A stretch of DNA of 62,942 nt, filler included, from Olpidium bornovanus S191 (Eukaryota > Fungi > Olpidiomycota): assembly GCA_017911155.1 (NCBI GenBank). It is 29 parts of 29 records of this genome, joined end to end, with 100 filler letters (N's around TTAATTAATTAA, not from the genome) between each part and the next. Parts side by side here need not be neighbours in the genome. Positions count along the whole stretch, not along the records: positions 24,267 to 25,487 come from JAEFCI010008857.1; positions 25,588 to 26,594 come from JAEFCI010002056.1; positions 26,695 to 28,150 come from JAEFCI010004799.1; positions 28,251 to 29,270 come from JAEFCI010012911.1; positions 29,371 to 31,039 come from JAEFCI010009628.1; positions 31,140 to 33,940 come from JAEFCI010000317.1; positions 34,041 to 35,282 come from JAEFCI010000677.1; 22 more parts are not named here. The stretch is one strand, 5' to 3'. Made by a program: the position numbers and the translations under genes. Shown piece by piece: positions 24,167 through 35,382 of this stretch. Position 1 is the stretch's first letter. Each line of letters starts with the position of its first letter. The notes under the pieces are model-generated. The model was given only the letters and a program-made list of their open reading frames with translations, was not told the origin of the DNA and did no database searches.

Positions 24167-26279
24167 NNNNNNNNNNNNNNNNNNNNNNNNNNNNNNNNNN
24201 NNNNNNNNNNTTAATTAATTAANNNNNNNNNNNNNNNNNNNNNNNNNNNNNNNNNNNNNNNNNNNNGGAAGGCAGGTGATAAAACCAAAATTTGAATCCT
24301 GATTCAGAACGAAAATTCAGAACACAAAGTCAAAACACAGATCCGAAGCCAGATTCCGCGTGACGGCAAGGCTGCAGGACGGGCATGGCGCCGCCACGGT
24401 GCCGGGTACGGCGGTGGCGGGCACGGCGGTGGCGGGCACGGCGGTGACAGGCATATGGCCCGACACCACCGATTCAAGCTTCGGCGCTCGCCGGTCCACA
24501 AAACTTTCCTTTGCCAGCGCGCCCTTCGCGATTCACCGCCCGCGATCTGTAAACAGCAACGAGCGATATCTTTCTTCCAATGCTGTTCGGTGGTGTGGTT
24601 GGCCTCGATGAACTGGTCCGCCGCGGTCGCCAAGCGCAACGCAGAGCATTCCGCCAGACCCGAGCATATTGGTTGGCACTCCCGGAAGACAGGCATGGTC
24701 TGCCGCGGATTTGACCCGTGCGAGCGGCTGCAGGATTTGCGACCCCGGGTCTCACCCGGGGCAGAGAATTTGCCTTGGCCGCGTTCGCAGCGGGTCGCCA
24801 ACGCCCGGTCCGGTGCCGGCGCCACGCTGGAAATCTGGTTCGGGACACATTTGCTTCCCGGTCAGCTACCACGCGGAGCGCGGCGCAATACATAACACTG
24901 TGCTGCCATTGTGACGTAAATCTGGCAGCGGTGGCGAAAACATTCCGCAATTGCTCTCCGTGATGTACAAACCTTCACTGGAGTTGTAGCTACATACAAA
25001 TTCGCCTCTAGACCGGGCGGCGGGAACCGCTGTGAGGTCTACTGCCTGTGGTTCGCGGGCGACAGGGACGGCGATTGCAACCGCGGGGCGGCACCGCCTG
25101 GCGTGCCGGACGGCCAAGGCGAACCCGTCCCATTACCGGCGGCCAGCGGCTGGTTCCCGCTCATGCACCCCGCGTTTGACACGCCGGCTCCCCCACCGAA
25201 GCCGGCGCCTGTGCCGCCGGTCATCCCACCAGCAACGCTCGCGGGCACACCGGTGACAAAGCCGCTGCTCGAGCCACCTCCCAGGTTTCCAAGGCCGCTT
25301 CCCATTCCGCCAAAGTCGGAATTCACAATCCAGTTCTGCGTCTCATAACTAGTCGAGGGTACTGCGCATGAAAAACGGCGATGGCGTTAAAATCGAAAGA
25401 TACCCGGGTTCACTGACCAAGGGCATACGTTATCTAACCTTGGTACCCGGCCGGGACGCTCGAAGATCCTAACGCGAGCGCCCCTCCNNNNNNNNNNNNN
25501 NNNNNNNNNNNNNNNNNNNNNNNNNNNNNNNTTAATTAATTAANNNNNNNNNNNNNNNNNNNNNNNNNNNNNNNNNNNNNNNNNNNNAGGAAGAATAAAA
25601 GAAAAGGGAAAAAGGGTGATATGGGAAGGGACATTGGGATAAAATTGTTGGAAGCAAATTTCGGTAACAATTGTGTGAGCCGGTGTCACGGGCTGCGCTG
25701 CCAGCATGGGGCTGGGCCACCAGGGTGGTGTGTTGTCACGGGCAGTGCCGCCAGGGTGTTGTGTGGAGTGGCGGGCTGTGCCGCCGGCGTGTTGTTTCAG
25801 GTGGCGCCCGGCTCACCGGCCGGGCTACTTCCCCCCTAAAATAGCGCCACCGCCCCCGGTAAACAGAACACCCCGCCGGCACCAACGACCGCAAACCCGA
25901 ACACCCCAACGGCACCGGCACCGACTACCGGTGAACCCTCTCGCCTCTCGCACCCTCCCAGGGCTTCAAGCTGCACAATCTTCTTCGTGAATAAAAGAAC
26001 CCACCCGCCTTGAGCCCCATCTTGCTGTTGTCCACGGCGGGCCCGTCACAGCCAGGTATTCTCCGTTGGCTTTAGCCCTATTGGTGGTGGCCGGTATTGC
26101 AAAGAAGAATGTAGAAAGAGGAGGAAAAGAGGAAAAAGGAAAAGGAAAGAGGAAAAGGGGTTACACTTGCCATGGCATACTCGCAGCTCCATTTCATGAC
26201 TTGGCCAGCGCCCTCTTGACGACTTGATGATCAGTCTTGGGGAACGGCGGAGGAGTTCGCTGGGAGCGGTGCGAGGCCT

Positions 26280-26594
26280 AGTCGCATGCGGAAATGTTCG
26301 AATTCTGGGTGCCTGAGACCTTTTGTAAAACCGTCTGCCAGATTGTCTTTGGATGCAACAGCGCGTAGCTCGGTGGTTTGTCCGCGACGGCGTCACGCAC
26401 GTAGAGGTGCCTGATGTCAATGTGCTTTGATCTCTTGCTTATTTTTCGGTGTTCTTGCGCAATCTGGAGTGCTCCGCGATTGTCAATGCAGAGGGGAACG
26501 GGTTTTGTGTTGCCAGAGATGTCCGTGAACGGTTGACAGAGCCACGCAATTTTTTTGCTGGCTTCTGTCGCCGCCATGATTTCTGCCTCCGTGG
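26280..26594 (-). mobile_element. Ty1/copia retrotransposon RNase H C-terminus, frameshifted
   Basis: EAEIMAATEASKKIAWL...VPLCIDNRGALQIA...KRSKHIDIRHLYVRDAV, then in another frame DNLADGFTKGL. This is the copia RNase H signature. Confidence 0.9.
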
Positions 26595-26694
26595 NNNNNN
26601 NNNNNNNNNNNNNNNNNNNNNNNNNNNNNNNNNNNNNNTTAATTAATTAANNNNNNNNNNNNNNNNNNNNNNNNNNNNNNNNNNNNNNNNNNNN

Positions 26695-28085
26695 GCATGT
26701 ATCGGCCGGCGAGCTGCGACGTGTCGAGGAGCCACGTGAGCAGGATGGAGCCGTTGGGGTTCACGGCGAGCTGAAGGGCGTTCTCAATGATGGCGATAGC
26801 GACCAGTTTCTGCCGAAAGGGGCAAACGGCCGGGCGGGGGAAGAAAAAAAAAAAAAAACAGAAAAAAAACTGCCGGTGAGCAGAGCGGCGCTCCAAACCC
26901 CCGACGCTCGGCGGTGCCGTTCTCCCGACTCATCACCTGCTGCTTCCGTGTGGTATACTGGCTTTCCAGGCACGTCCGTATCGCCCGCGCGCCGAATCGC
27001 CCCTGGGCAATGTCGCAGCACCGCACGTAGATGGCGTCGAACACGAACTGGTTATACCGCGGCCCGACGCGCAGGCAGCACTGGACCACGTAGTTGCCGA
27101 ACTGGTCCAGGAGCAGCGGCGGCGTGTACTGGCGAAGGGCGCCGGCGATTTCCCGGAGCTCGTCGTCCGTTCGCGCGGAATCGATGATCTTTTGGACGGC
27201 CCACGTGCCGTTCTTGTGGACGCCGACCGCCGCGAGGTGCGGCGCCACTTTCCGAACGAGCCGGAGCTTGAGTTCGCCGTTGCACCGCTCGACGAACTTC
27301 TGCACCACCGTGTTGCCGATGTAGTCCGAACACAGGTCCACGCAGTCGTCGTAGCACTCGTCGAAGGCCGCCTCGATCTCCTTGGCCGTCGCCTGGGGGG
27401 AGTCCAGCAGCTTGCGCAGCTCGCGGAGCCGCGGCTGGTCCACCTTCCGATGCCGATTAGGCTCAGGGGCGGGCGGGACAGTTGAGGCATAGGCGAAATG
27501 CAACACCTCTGCGGCGGCGAACCCCGGCCGCATTTAGTTCCCCGGGAGCAGGCGTCGACGGCCGAATAATTAGTGGGGGGGAAGGCGGCTATTCGTCCGT
27601 ACCGTCCGCAATTTTCGGCTTAACCTCCGGTACGACGGGACTCTTGTCGCTCGCCGTCTCCTCGAGCTTCGCCGCCTCGCGGAGCAGATTGGTCGCCCTG
27701 ATAACGATTTTCTCGTCACTCTCGTCCTCCGGATCATCCTCGCCAATGTTTCCCCACACGGACCAGGGAGACACGATCGCGACGGCGAGGGCATCCGAAC
27801 AATTCGGGGAGGAATCGGGAAACCCACCGCGGGCGGGCGACGTCCCGTCGACGTTTCCATCCTGGAGACCGGCGAAATGGACGGCCGAGAGGCTCTGCCG
27901 GTGTCGCCCGCACGTGGGGGAGATGTCCGTGCGGCCGGGACTGGCCGAGTGCCCGTTCGCCGCGATAGCGGCCGGCGGAACTTTGGCGAATCCGATGCGG
28001 ACGGGCGCGCCCCCGATTTCCTGGCCTTGCATGGCCCTCCGGGCACGGACCGCATCCTCCACATTCTCAAAGTTGACGAATCCGC
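26695..28085 (-). CDS. Jsn1/Puf2-like RRM plus Pumilio-repeat RNA-binding protein, internal fragment
   Basis: RRM GFVNFENVEDAVRARRAMQGQEIGGAPVRIGFAKVP, then PUF repeats SDYIGNTVVQKF, HKNGTWAVQKII, DQFGNYVVQCCL, QGRFGARAIRTCLE and NPNGSILLTWLLD, the Jsn1/Puf2 pattern. Confidence 0.92.
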
Positions 28086-29410
28086 TACAGAATAAATAAA
28101 ATGCCCCGAGCGGACTTGCCGTTAGCACATCACACGGAGGCAAAACAAAANNNNNNNNNNNNNNNNNNNNNNNNNNNNNNNNNNNNNNNNNNNNTTAATT
28201 AATTAANNNNNNNNNNNNNNNNNNNNNNNNNNNNNNNNNNNNNNNNNNNNCCTCCACCCCCTTCTACCGCTTTCCGGAGAAGTCGTCCCGGCCCGTCTTC
28301 CCCACCCGCCCCCCTCCCCGGGGGACGGGGGGACCGTTTTCAATCTCTATAAAACCTTGTAGAACAAAAACAAACCGTGCCAGGGAAAAGGGGGACGGGC
28401 TGGGGGTGGGAGGCGACTGCGGGAGAATCGTTTTCTCGTCAAAAACTTTCTTATATAGTCCTCCAGTGTGCCCCGGACGTCCCCAGACTTGGCCGGCTGG
28501 CGAAGGAGTGGGAGGTTGGGGGGATGGGGAAGACCACAACATCTCTCGGCGACCAGCCACGTTTTTTTTTTAACCGCCTTCTTCAAAAACGAACGGGCGC
28601 TTTTTATTTTTTGTTCGACGGGTGACGTATGTACAGAGCTTATGAGGCGGAGAAAAGGGGAGGCGGCGGCGCGTTTGATGATCATCTGCGAGTCTGCCCC
28701 ACCCCACTCCTCATTGCGGGCCATAAGGAAATCAGACGATCGTTTCCTTTTCTTCTTTTTTTTATTTCACGTGGTCGCCGTGCACACCCGCAGGTGTCTG
28801 TCGTCCGTGCAGCCGACCAGCACGCTCCGCTGCGCCGGAACGTCCGTGCCGTGCCGGTGAACCGGGACGTCAATCCTGCAGAAATCCGGGGAGGAAGATA
28901 GAGATGGTGAGGAACCCCTCCCTTCCTTCCCGTCGTCTTCTTCTCTCCTCCTCCTCCTCCTCCTCCTCCTCCTGCCTCCCGCCTCCCGCTTCCCCTCCAA
29001 ACAAATACACGCTCGCACAACTGTAAACGCAATGGACGAAACGGGGGGAAGGGGTGTGTGGGGCAGGGAAAATGGATGCGGGGAGTCGGCGCGCCGGGAA
29101 AAAAAGCGCAGGGGGGTTGAGGTTTATTTTTCCTTTCAATTTTTTTTCTTCATGTTTTCGGTTCACCAACGCACCATTTACAGGCGGTGACGACCCGCGC
29201 CGCCTCCGCCGCTGCAACCGGGCCCCATTCGTCGCACCCCTGCCGCCTGCGCGACCTGGCGCCGGAGCACNNNNNNNNNNNNNNNNNNNNNNNNNNNNNN
29301 NNNNNNNNNNNNNNTTAATTAATTAANNNNNNNNNNNNNNNNNNNNNNNNNNNNNNNNNNNNNNNNNNNNGCGCGTTCATGGCTTTGGTCCAATGTTCGT
29401 GATCCGTCCT

Positions 29411-31039
29411 TGTTAGCGTATTAGCACTTAGTAGGTAGATTTAGTGATGTGACTCTCTCATATGTAAATGGTCCAGTTAGTAAAAAAAAAAAACAACGCT
29501 TTCCACAACGTGAAAACACCAAAGTCTAACAGGTTATGAGCCCAACCTCTTGGTGAACCATCGTCTCCACTGCTTCCATATCAAACACGCCGATTTCGAC
29601 ATCGTCAGAGCACCTCTCGACGAGGGAGAACCTGCTGAAGCAAGGAGAGTAGCGGGTGACCACCGAGAGAGAACTACCGCTGTTCGGCGCCGCACGTGGA
29701 CCAGCACAGCGCATAAAACCGATCTCAGCAGCCATGACCAGCCGTACGCCGCCGCCAGGCAAGAAACGGAAGCCTCCTCCGCCTGCGGTACCGACGTTCA
29801 CGGCTCCGGGAAGCAGCATGCAGGCCGAAAAGCCGGAAACCGAACGAGGACAACGCGCAGCACACCGAGCGGCAAAACGCGGCGACGACGCCGACAACAA
29901 GGCCACCAGCAGCAACGCTAGCGCTTATCCCACCGTTCCCACCTTGGAAACCATCGCTACCAAGCCCGCGGAGGCTGCCATGGCCGACGGTGAAGTTTTC
30001 GACGACAAAAAACGCGTCGTAGGGGGTTTTTTACCGGCTCCAGAGGCCGCTGCTGACCTCGAACACCATCAGCATAATGCAGCCCTCGCCTACGTCCAAC
30101 GGCGCTACGAGTACGAACAAGACCGCTTGGAACGCCAGCACCAGGCAGCCCTCGAGGCGCAGCAGCAGGCCAACGAGGCTCAGAAACAGGAGAGCGCCGC
30201 GCAGATCCAAGCACTTATGGAACGCCTCGCAGCTCTCGAAGCCGCGCAGCAAGTTCATGCACCGCTTTATCACCCTGCTCGCCTCGCTCCTCCTGCCAAC
30301 CATCGGCAGCCTGCCGTTCCACGTCAGCATCAAGCGCCCACTTACCCCGCAGGCTGGGAGAACGACGAGATCCACGCAGTCAACATCGATGAAGCCGCTA
30401 AAGCCGATCTCGCCCGCGACGACGCATCGGGAATACTTTCGCAACTCGGTCATCGGCGCTGGAGCCCTCATGGGGACACGGGCGGTTTGGCTGTTGGCTT
30501 TGGCAGAGCCCCGCCGCTCGGTCTGGGTGAACCGGGTGCCGGTCATGCGGAGTACAACCCTCGTCGCCCCATTTATGCGCCTTCGGGTGCGCATAATCAG
30601 TAGCCTGACGACAATCAGTTTTGTTCAAGCGTCAATAAAGACGTTCTCAAGGGACTTCTCGCCAATATCCCCAAGTCCTCCGGCATCAGCACCACCGAGG
30701 CTTAGATTCTCGACTTCGAGTACAAATGCGAAACATTCTTCGAGCTCTCCGGCCTCTCCGAGTCTGAGAAGATTGCGGTAACATCGACGAAGTTCACTAA
30801 TTCGGCAGCAACGTTCTGGCTTCGCCTTCGCGCTGATGTTCGTGCAGGCAAAGTTGCGCCGATCACTACGTGGGCGGAGCTGATGTCCGAGCTTCGCGAC
30901 GAATTTCTGCCCCAAGATCACGATGTCCCGCTCCGTCAGGAGCTCAAGAACCTCTCCCAGAAGTCGTCGGGCGGCTCCGTCATCAAGTACAACGAAGCCT
31001 TCAATAACTTGAAGATGCTACTGCTGGACATCCCCGAGC
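29411..31039 (+). mobile_element. 5' end of an LTR retrotransposon: 121-bp LTR (29411-29531), PBS (29532-29545) and gypsy-type gag pseudogene (about 29734-31039)
   Basis: LTR bounded by TGTTAG...CTAACA (6-bp inverted termini) and followed by GGTTATGAGCCCAA. Gag reads EA*ILDFEYKCETFFELSGLSESEKIAV...ATFWLRLR...ITTWAELMSELRDEFLPQDH...LRQELKNLSQK...SVIKYNEAF (retrotransposon gag capsid pattern), with in-frame TAG at 30601 and 30703. Confidence 0.85.
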
Positions 31040-31153
31040 NNNNNNNNNNNNNNNNNNNNNNNNNNNNNNNNNNNNNNNNNNNNTTAATTAATTAANNNNN
31101 NNNNNNNNNNNNNNNNNNNNNNNNNNNNNNNNNNNNNNNCCCGCCCCCGCGCT

Positions 31154-33721
31154 TCATGCGCTTCTGTACTGCAGCAGCCTGTAGAGAAGCACCTTGCCTT
31201 TGTCGTTTCCAACGGCGATGTACCCGCTCCGTGGCGAGAAGTCAAAGCACTGCACGTACGACAGCGGAGTCTGAAAGGTCGGCCAGTTCTGGAAAACCGT
31301 AAGCGACGGGAGGTGGACCTGGATTTCCCGAGACGAGTAATAGAGAGTGAACGACGCTTCCATAACGAACAGCGTAATGAAACGCCGTCCGGTACGGCCG
31401 GCAACGAACAGCGCAGGCCAAACAAAGCTAGGCCGACCTACCAAGCGAAGTTTGTCCTTTTTGAGTTTGCTGGCCATGCCAAGAATCTGGGAGTCGTGGT
31501 TGAACTTGAGCTGCGTGATGGTGGTGGTCAGATTACCGAGCGACTTCAGAGGTTGTGGCGCAAAAGTTGTCGCAAGATCGTCCGAGGCCGGCGAGAGGTC
31601 AAAGCGAGAGGCGTCATAAACATTTACGAAGCCGCTCCGGGACCTGAAAGAATGGGGCCCGCAAGTCGTCACGTTGGACCCAACAGGAAGACGAAACAGA
31701 CCGGTAAGACAGCGAAGAAAAAGCGGGATTCAATAAGCGAGGACGTGCTTCCGTACCCGACTGCCAGGTATTTGCTATCCCCCGACGTGGCCAAATAGTT
31801 CGACTTGAACCCGCCATGGTCGGGAAACGTCCGGGTGCACGAGTAGTTCCGGACGTCCCACAGGTAAATCTGTGAGTCCGCCGCGACTCCGTATAAACCA
31901 TGCCCGTCGGGCTTCCACGCGACGCTCTTGACCCCGCCGTTCAGCTGCACGCCGCCCACCCATTGCCACGTCTTGGTCGACACGAGAGACACATACCCAC
32001 CCGAACCCTGGAAGGCCACGAGGTCTCCGGCCGGCGAGATCGAAAACCTCTCAAGGGTCTTGTCATTTTCCCGACCCCTGATGCACGACACCCGCTGGAC
32101 GCGGCCGGCCTGGAGGTCGTAGGTATAGAAGTACTTCCGGCGGCCGGTGATTAAGATCTGTGACCCAGCTTCCCCGCTCGTTTGGACGAACGCCGAGCGG
32201 TGAATTGGAAGATCTTTGAAATGAATTGATTGAACCTTCTGATTAACCTTGCCATCAATCTGGAAAAGCCGGAGCGTCTTGTCGAGCGACGAAGTTAGAA
32301 GGAGCTGCGAGTTTGGATGGAACTCGACCGACGTGATAACACCCTAAGATACATGTGCAAGCAGAGACACAAACGCGAGCCCCAGTTTCACGAACGCCGG
32401 GTTAACAACCGCTTGTGAAACCTCATACGTAAGCGGACACGGTGTTCTGGCGAATCAATTACCTGCGAGTACGACTGCTGGTTTGCATTTCGCAGCCTGA
32501 TTATCTCAAGGGTGTCCGGAGGTAGCAGCTTTGCCCGCGTCTTATCTCCAAGGAAGCCCTTTGACGACCTCATCAGTCCGGCCGCCTCAACCCCAGAATC
32601 AGATTCCGAGTCGGACCTCTCGTCAGACGGGTCGGCCCACGTCGGCCTCGGGTGGATCTTTTCGAACCTGGCGAAAAGCAACGTGCGGGTTGTTCATACG
32701 ACAGTACCTCCCAAGGGCCCGCAATCCGCGACGGGTCATTGAACCGCGACAACGAGCGAACGTGGGTCGCTAACGTTACTTACTGCGCCCGTAACCTCTG
32801 CTCGTACTCTCGACCGGTGAGCGTGGTCTCCGCCTCGGTCTTTCTCAGCTTCCGGCTCCGCGCTTTCGCCGTGACGTCGACCGCGAATGTGTCGTCGTCC
32901 TCGTCGCACCAGGCAGGCTGCTTGCGGCCGTATATCGAATCCGCGATTTTCGGGCTCTGCCTTTCTTCGCCAGAAGAAATTTCGGGTTCTCCCGTTTCCG
33001 GCGCAGCCGTTTCGACCTCTCCTTCAGAATCTGGCTCGCTTTCTTCGTCGTTCCCATCACAGACGACTGGCCCCGTGCCAAAGTCTATGACAAAACACTG
33101 TGTTCACCCACAAGGAAACGTAACGGCAAGTCGAACGGTCCTCGTCAGCCGAAGTCGGCCATTTGCAGCACAAAGCCGTCCGGCCCCGCTCGTTTATTCC
33201 GGCCGCTTTTGTGAAAAAGGTGCGCGAGGTAGCAGGAAAATACTGCCGCGGGGGCCGGTTTTTACCTCTCCATTTGAAGCTCTTGGAACGTCCGCTGCAT
33301 CAGTTTCGACGGTTCCGCCGTCACGCCTCTCCGGCGTCTCTTCAGCCTCCGACTCCGAGTCGGACGAGCTGCCCGTGCCGAACACGAGCCGCTCCAGCTG
33401 CGCCACGTCGATGTCCGCTGTTGCTCGCCGCGGCTTTTCGCGCGCCGCAGTCCCCGGCTGCGTCGTCGCCGCCGCGCCGCGCGCGGCCGCCTCTCGGACA
33501 CGTCCCCGAGACCGTTGTCGCTTCCGGCTCTGCGCGACGGTGCGCTCCGCTTCCCGGGCCTCAGGCGGCGCCGGGGGTCCTCCAGCAACGGGGGCGGTGG
33601 ACCGCAAGGCTTTCCCGGCGGCGAAGGAGACGGCCGGCTCTGCTGCGGCCCCGGCGCTTGCGCCGTGCTTCCGCTTGTTGCGAGCGGCGGCGGCGGCGCC
33701 GGGGGCGGCAGCGGCGTCCAT
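31154..33721 (-). CDS. UTP18: U3 snoRNA-associated protein 18 (WD40), multi-exon, apparently complete
   Basis: RPTWAD; LEIIRLRNAN/VITSVEFHPNSQLLLTSSLDKTLRLFQIDGK; GRRKYFYTYDL; VHLPSLTVFQNWPTFQTPLSYVQCFDFSPRSGYIAVGNDKGKVLLYRL. Confidence 0.95.
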
Positions 33722-34288
33722 TGCGAAGGCTGGCGGGGCGTGCGGAAGGCGCCGCTCCCCGGCGAAACGGGGCGGGTGGGCGGCGCCTGATTCCCCCCTT
33801 CCCCTGTGCGTCCCCGTCACATGATTACACGTGACTTTTTTTTTTCCCCCGTTTCCTCCTCCTCTAGGACGCCGCCCGCTCAAGCGGAAAACCCGACGCC
33901 GCCGCGAAAAAGGCTCCTGTGCCGGCCGGTTCCGCCGCGCNNNNNNNNNNNNNNNNNNNNNNNNNNNNNNNNNNNNNNNNNNNNTTAATTAATTAANNNN
34001 NNNNNNNNNNNNNNNNNNNNNNNNNNNNNNNNNNNNNNNNCCATCCGTGCGTCGAGGGACGGTGACGGCGGGATGGGGACGGCGGCTGGGTCAACGGGCG
34101 CGGGTGACGATGCGGCCGAACGATTTGACGGCGCGATGGCCGGCGGCAAGGGAGCGGTGCGAGTCGCCGTGACGTGAGGCGACAGCGGCAACGGCGTCGC
34201 GCCTTTACGGCGTCGATGACGCGGCGAGGGCATCGGCGGGCTGTCGTCGACGGCAAGAGCAATGGGGCAAACAAAGACAAAAGCGCGG

Positions 34289-34372
34289 TGAGCAAAAATA
34301 AGCTCAGTGAGCAAAAATAAGCTCAAAACGGGCAAAAATAATCTCAAAAACGAGCAAAAATAAGCTCAAAAA
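34289..34372. repeat. Minisatellite: four copies of an AGCAAAAATAAGCTCA core, period 19-22 nt
   Basis: GTGAGCAAAAATAAGCTCA twice, then AAACGGGCAAAAATAATCTCA and AAAACGAGCAAAAATAAGCTCA. Confidence 0.9.
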
Positions 34373-34778
34373 CAAACGTGGCGGCCGGCCGAGCGCGGTC
34401 GCAGTGGGGGCAGAGCTCGGGCGCGGCGGTGGTGGAGCGTGAGCGCGGCAGGGGCCGAGCGGCGAAAGCGACGAGAAAGTGGCGTTTTGAAGCAAAAACG
34501 GGTGTCGTTTCGGCGACGAAAACAAACGAACGCAAGCGCGGAAACGAACGCAAGCGCGATAACAAGCAGAAAAAGCAAGCGCGAAAACGGGTGCTGCGGC
34601 GGAAGGTGGCGCGGCAGAGGGCGAAGCGCGCGGGCGCGGCGGGGGCGAACCGTGGGCGCGGCGGGGGCGAAGCGCGGCGGAAGCCGAGCGCGGGCGCAGC
34701 GGGGATGGCGCGGGCGCGGCGGGGAGCGAAGCGAAAGAGCTGGTCAAAAGGGATAGTTCTTCCTCGGATTCCCCACTT

Positions 34779-34905
34779 TGTAGTGGGACGTCGAAGGAAG
34801 GAAGGACGGAAGGACTTCGGAGTCTATTCAGGTGGGCCCGGGGGCCCGACTGGTTATATAGGTACAGGTCACGTGCCCAGTCGACGTCGAGAGGGACCCA
34901 CTACA
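34779..34905. mobile_element. 127-bp solo-LTR-like insertion
   Basis: Begins TGTAGTGGG and ends CCCACTACA (perfect 9-bp inverted termini, TG...CA). CTT flanks both sides. Internal TATA-like TTATATAG. Confidence 0.7.
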
Positions 34906-35282
34906 CTTGATTGTGCTACTACACATACAATTCTAAGAAACCACGAGTTCTTCTCTTCTGCGCACCTCTCTGATTGGGTGACAAAGAAACTGACAACCAT
35001 GTCTGGTATGAATGTTCGTTGACAGGACGGCCCAGCTCGGCTGCCCCTGCCTGAAGGCACGGTCATTGACTGCCCACTGGCGATGTTTTTGCGAACGGCA
35101 CCCCAGAATTTGGTGTCCTTTGCGGACATACGGCGGTGCGGGTTCCATGTGACAACTGCCATCGTAGGGGACAAAAATGCCCTTCAGATAGTTGACCCAA
35201 GGTGTCAAAATCGAATTGTTGAGACCATCTTTTCTTTGAAGAACGGCCTCTACCTGACTCAAATTGTCCCCGGAGGAGTCTC
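34906..35282 (+). mobile_element. Ty1/copia aspartic protease pseudogene fragment
   Basis: LDCATTHTILRNHEFF...LTTMSG...*...LPLPEGTVIDCPLA...QNLVSFADIRRCGFHVTT...ALQI...VETIFSLKNGLYLTQI matches the copia protease pattern D-[SC]-[AG]-T-T-H-T-I-L...NLLSFxDIR. In-frame TGA near 35020. Confidence 0.85.
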
Positions 35283-35382
35283 NNNNNNNNNNNNNNNNNN
35301 NNNNNNNNNNNNNNNNNNNNNNNNNNTTAATTAATTAANNNNNNNNNNNNNNNNNNNNNNNNNNNNNNNNNNNNNNNNNNNN

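Noticed and set aside
25330-25352. CTAGTTATGAGACG on the minus strand as a third half-tRNA PBS
   Set aside because: Only TTATGAG is shared, and there is no upstream CA-terminated LTR with inverted termini.
28251-29270. Possible short exons in contig 13; likewise contigs at 14638-15649, 57992-59311 and 59412-60686
   Set aside because: Frames and strand are ambiguous and no family was recognised; mostly UTR- or intron-like low-complexity sequence.
30601-30603. TAG as a programmed gag readthrough signal
   Set aside because: It lies upstream of the capsid domain and a second TAG at 30703 replaces a likely conserved Trp, so decay is the simpler reading.
34289-34372. 19-22 nt repeats as a CRISPR array
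   Set aside because: Repeats are contiguous with no unique 25-45 nt spacers, there are no cas genes, and the context is eukaryotic.
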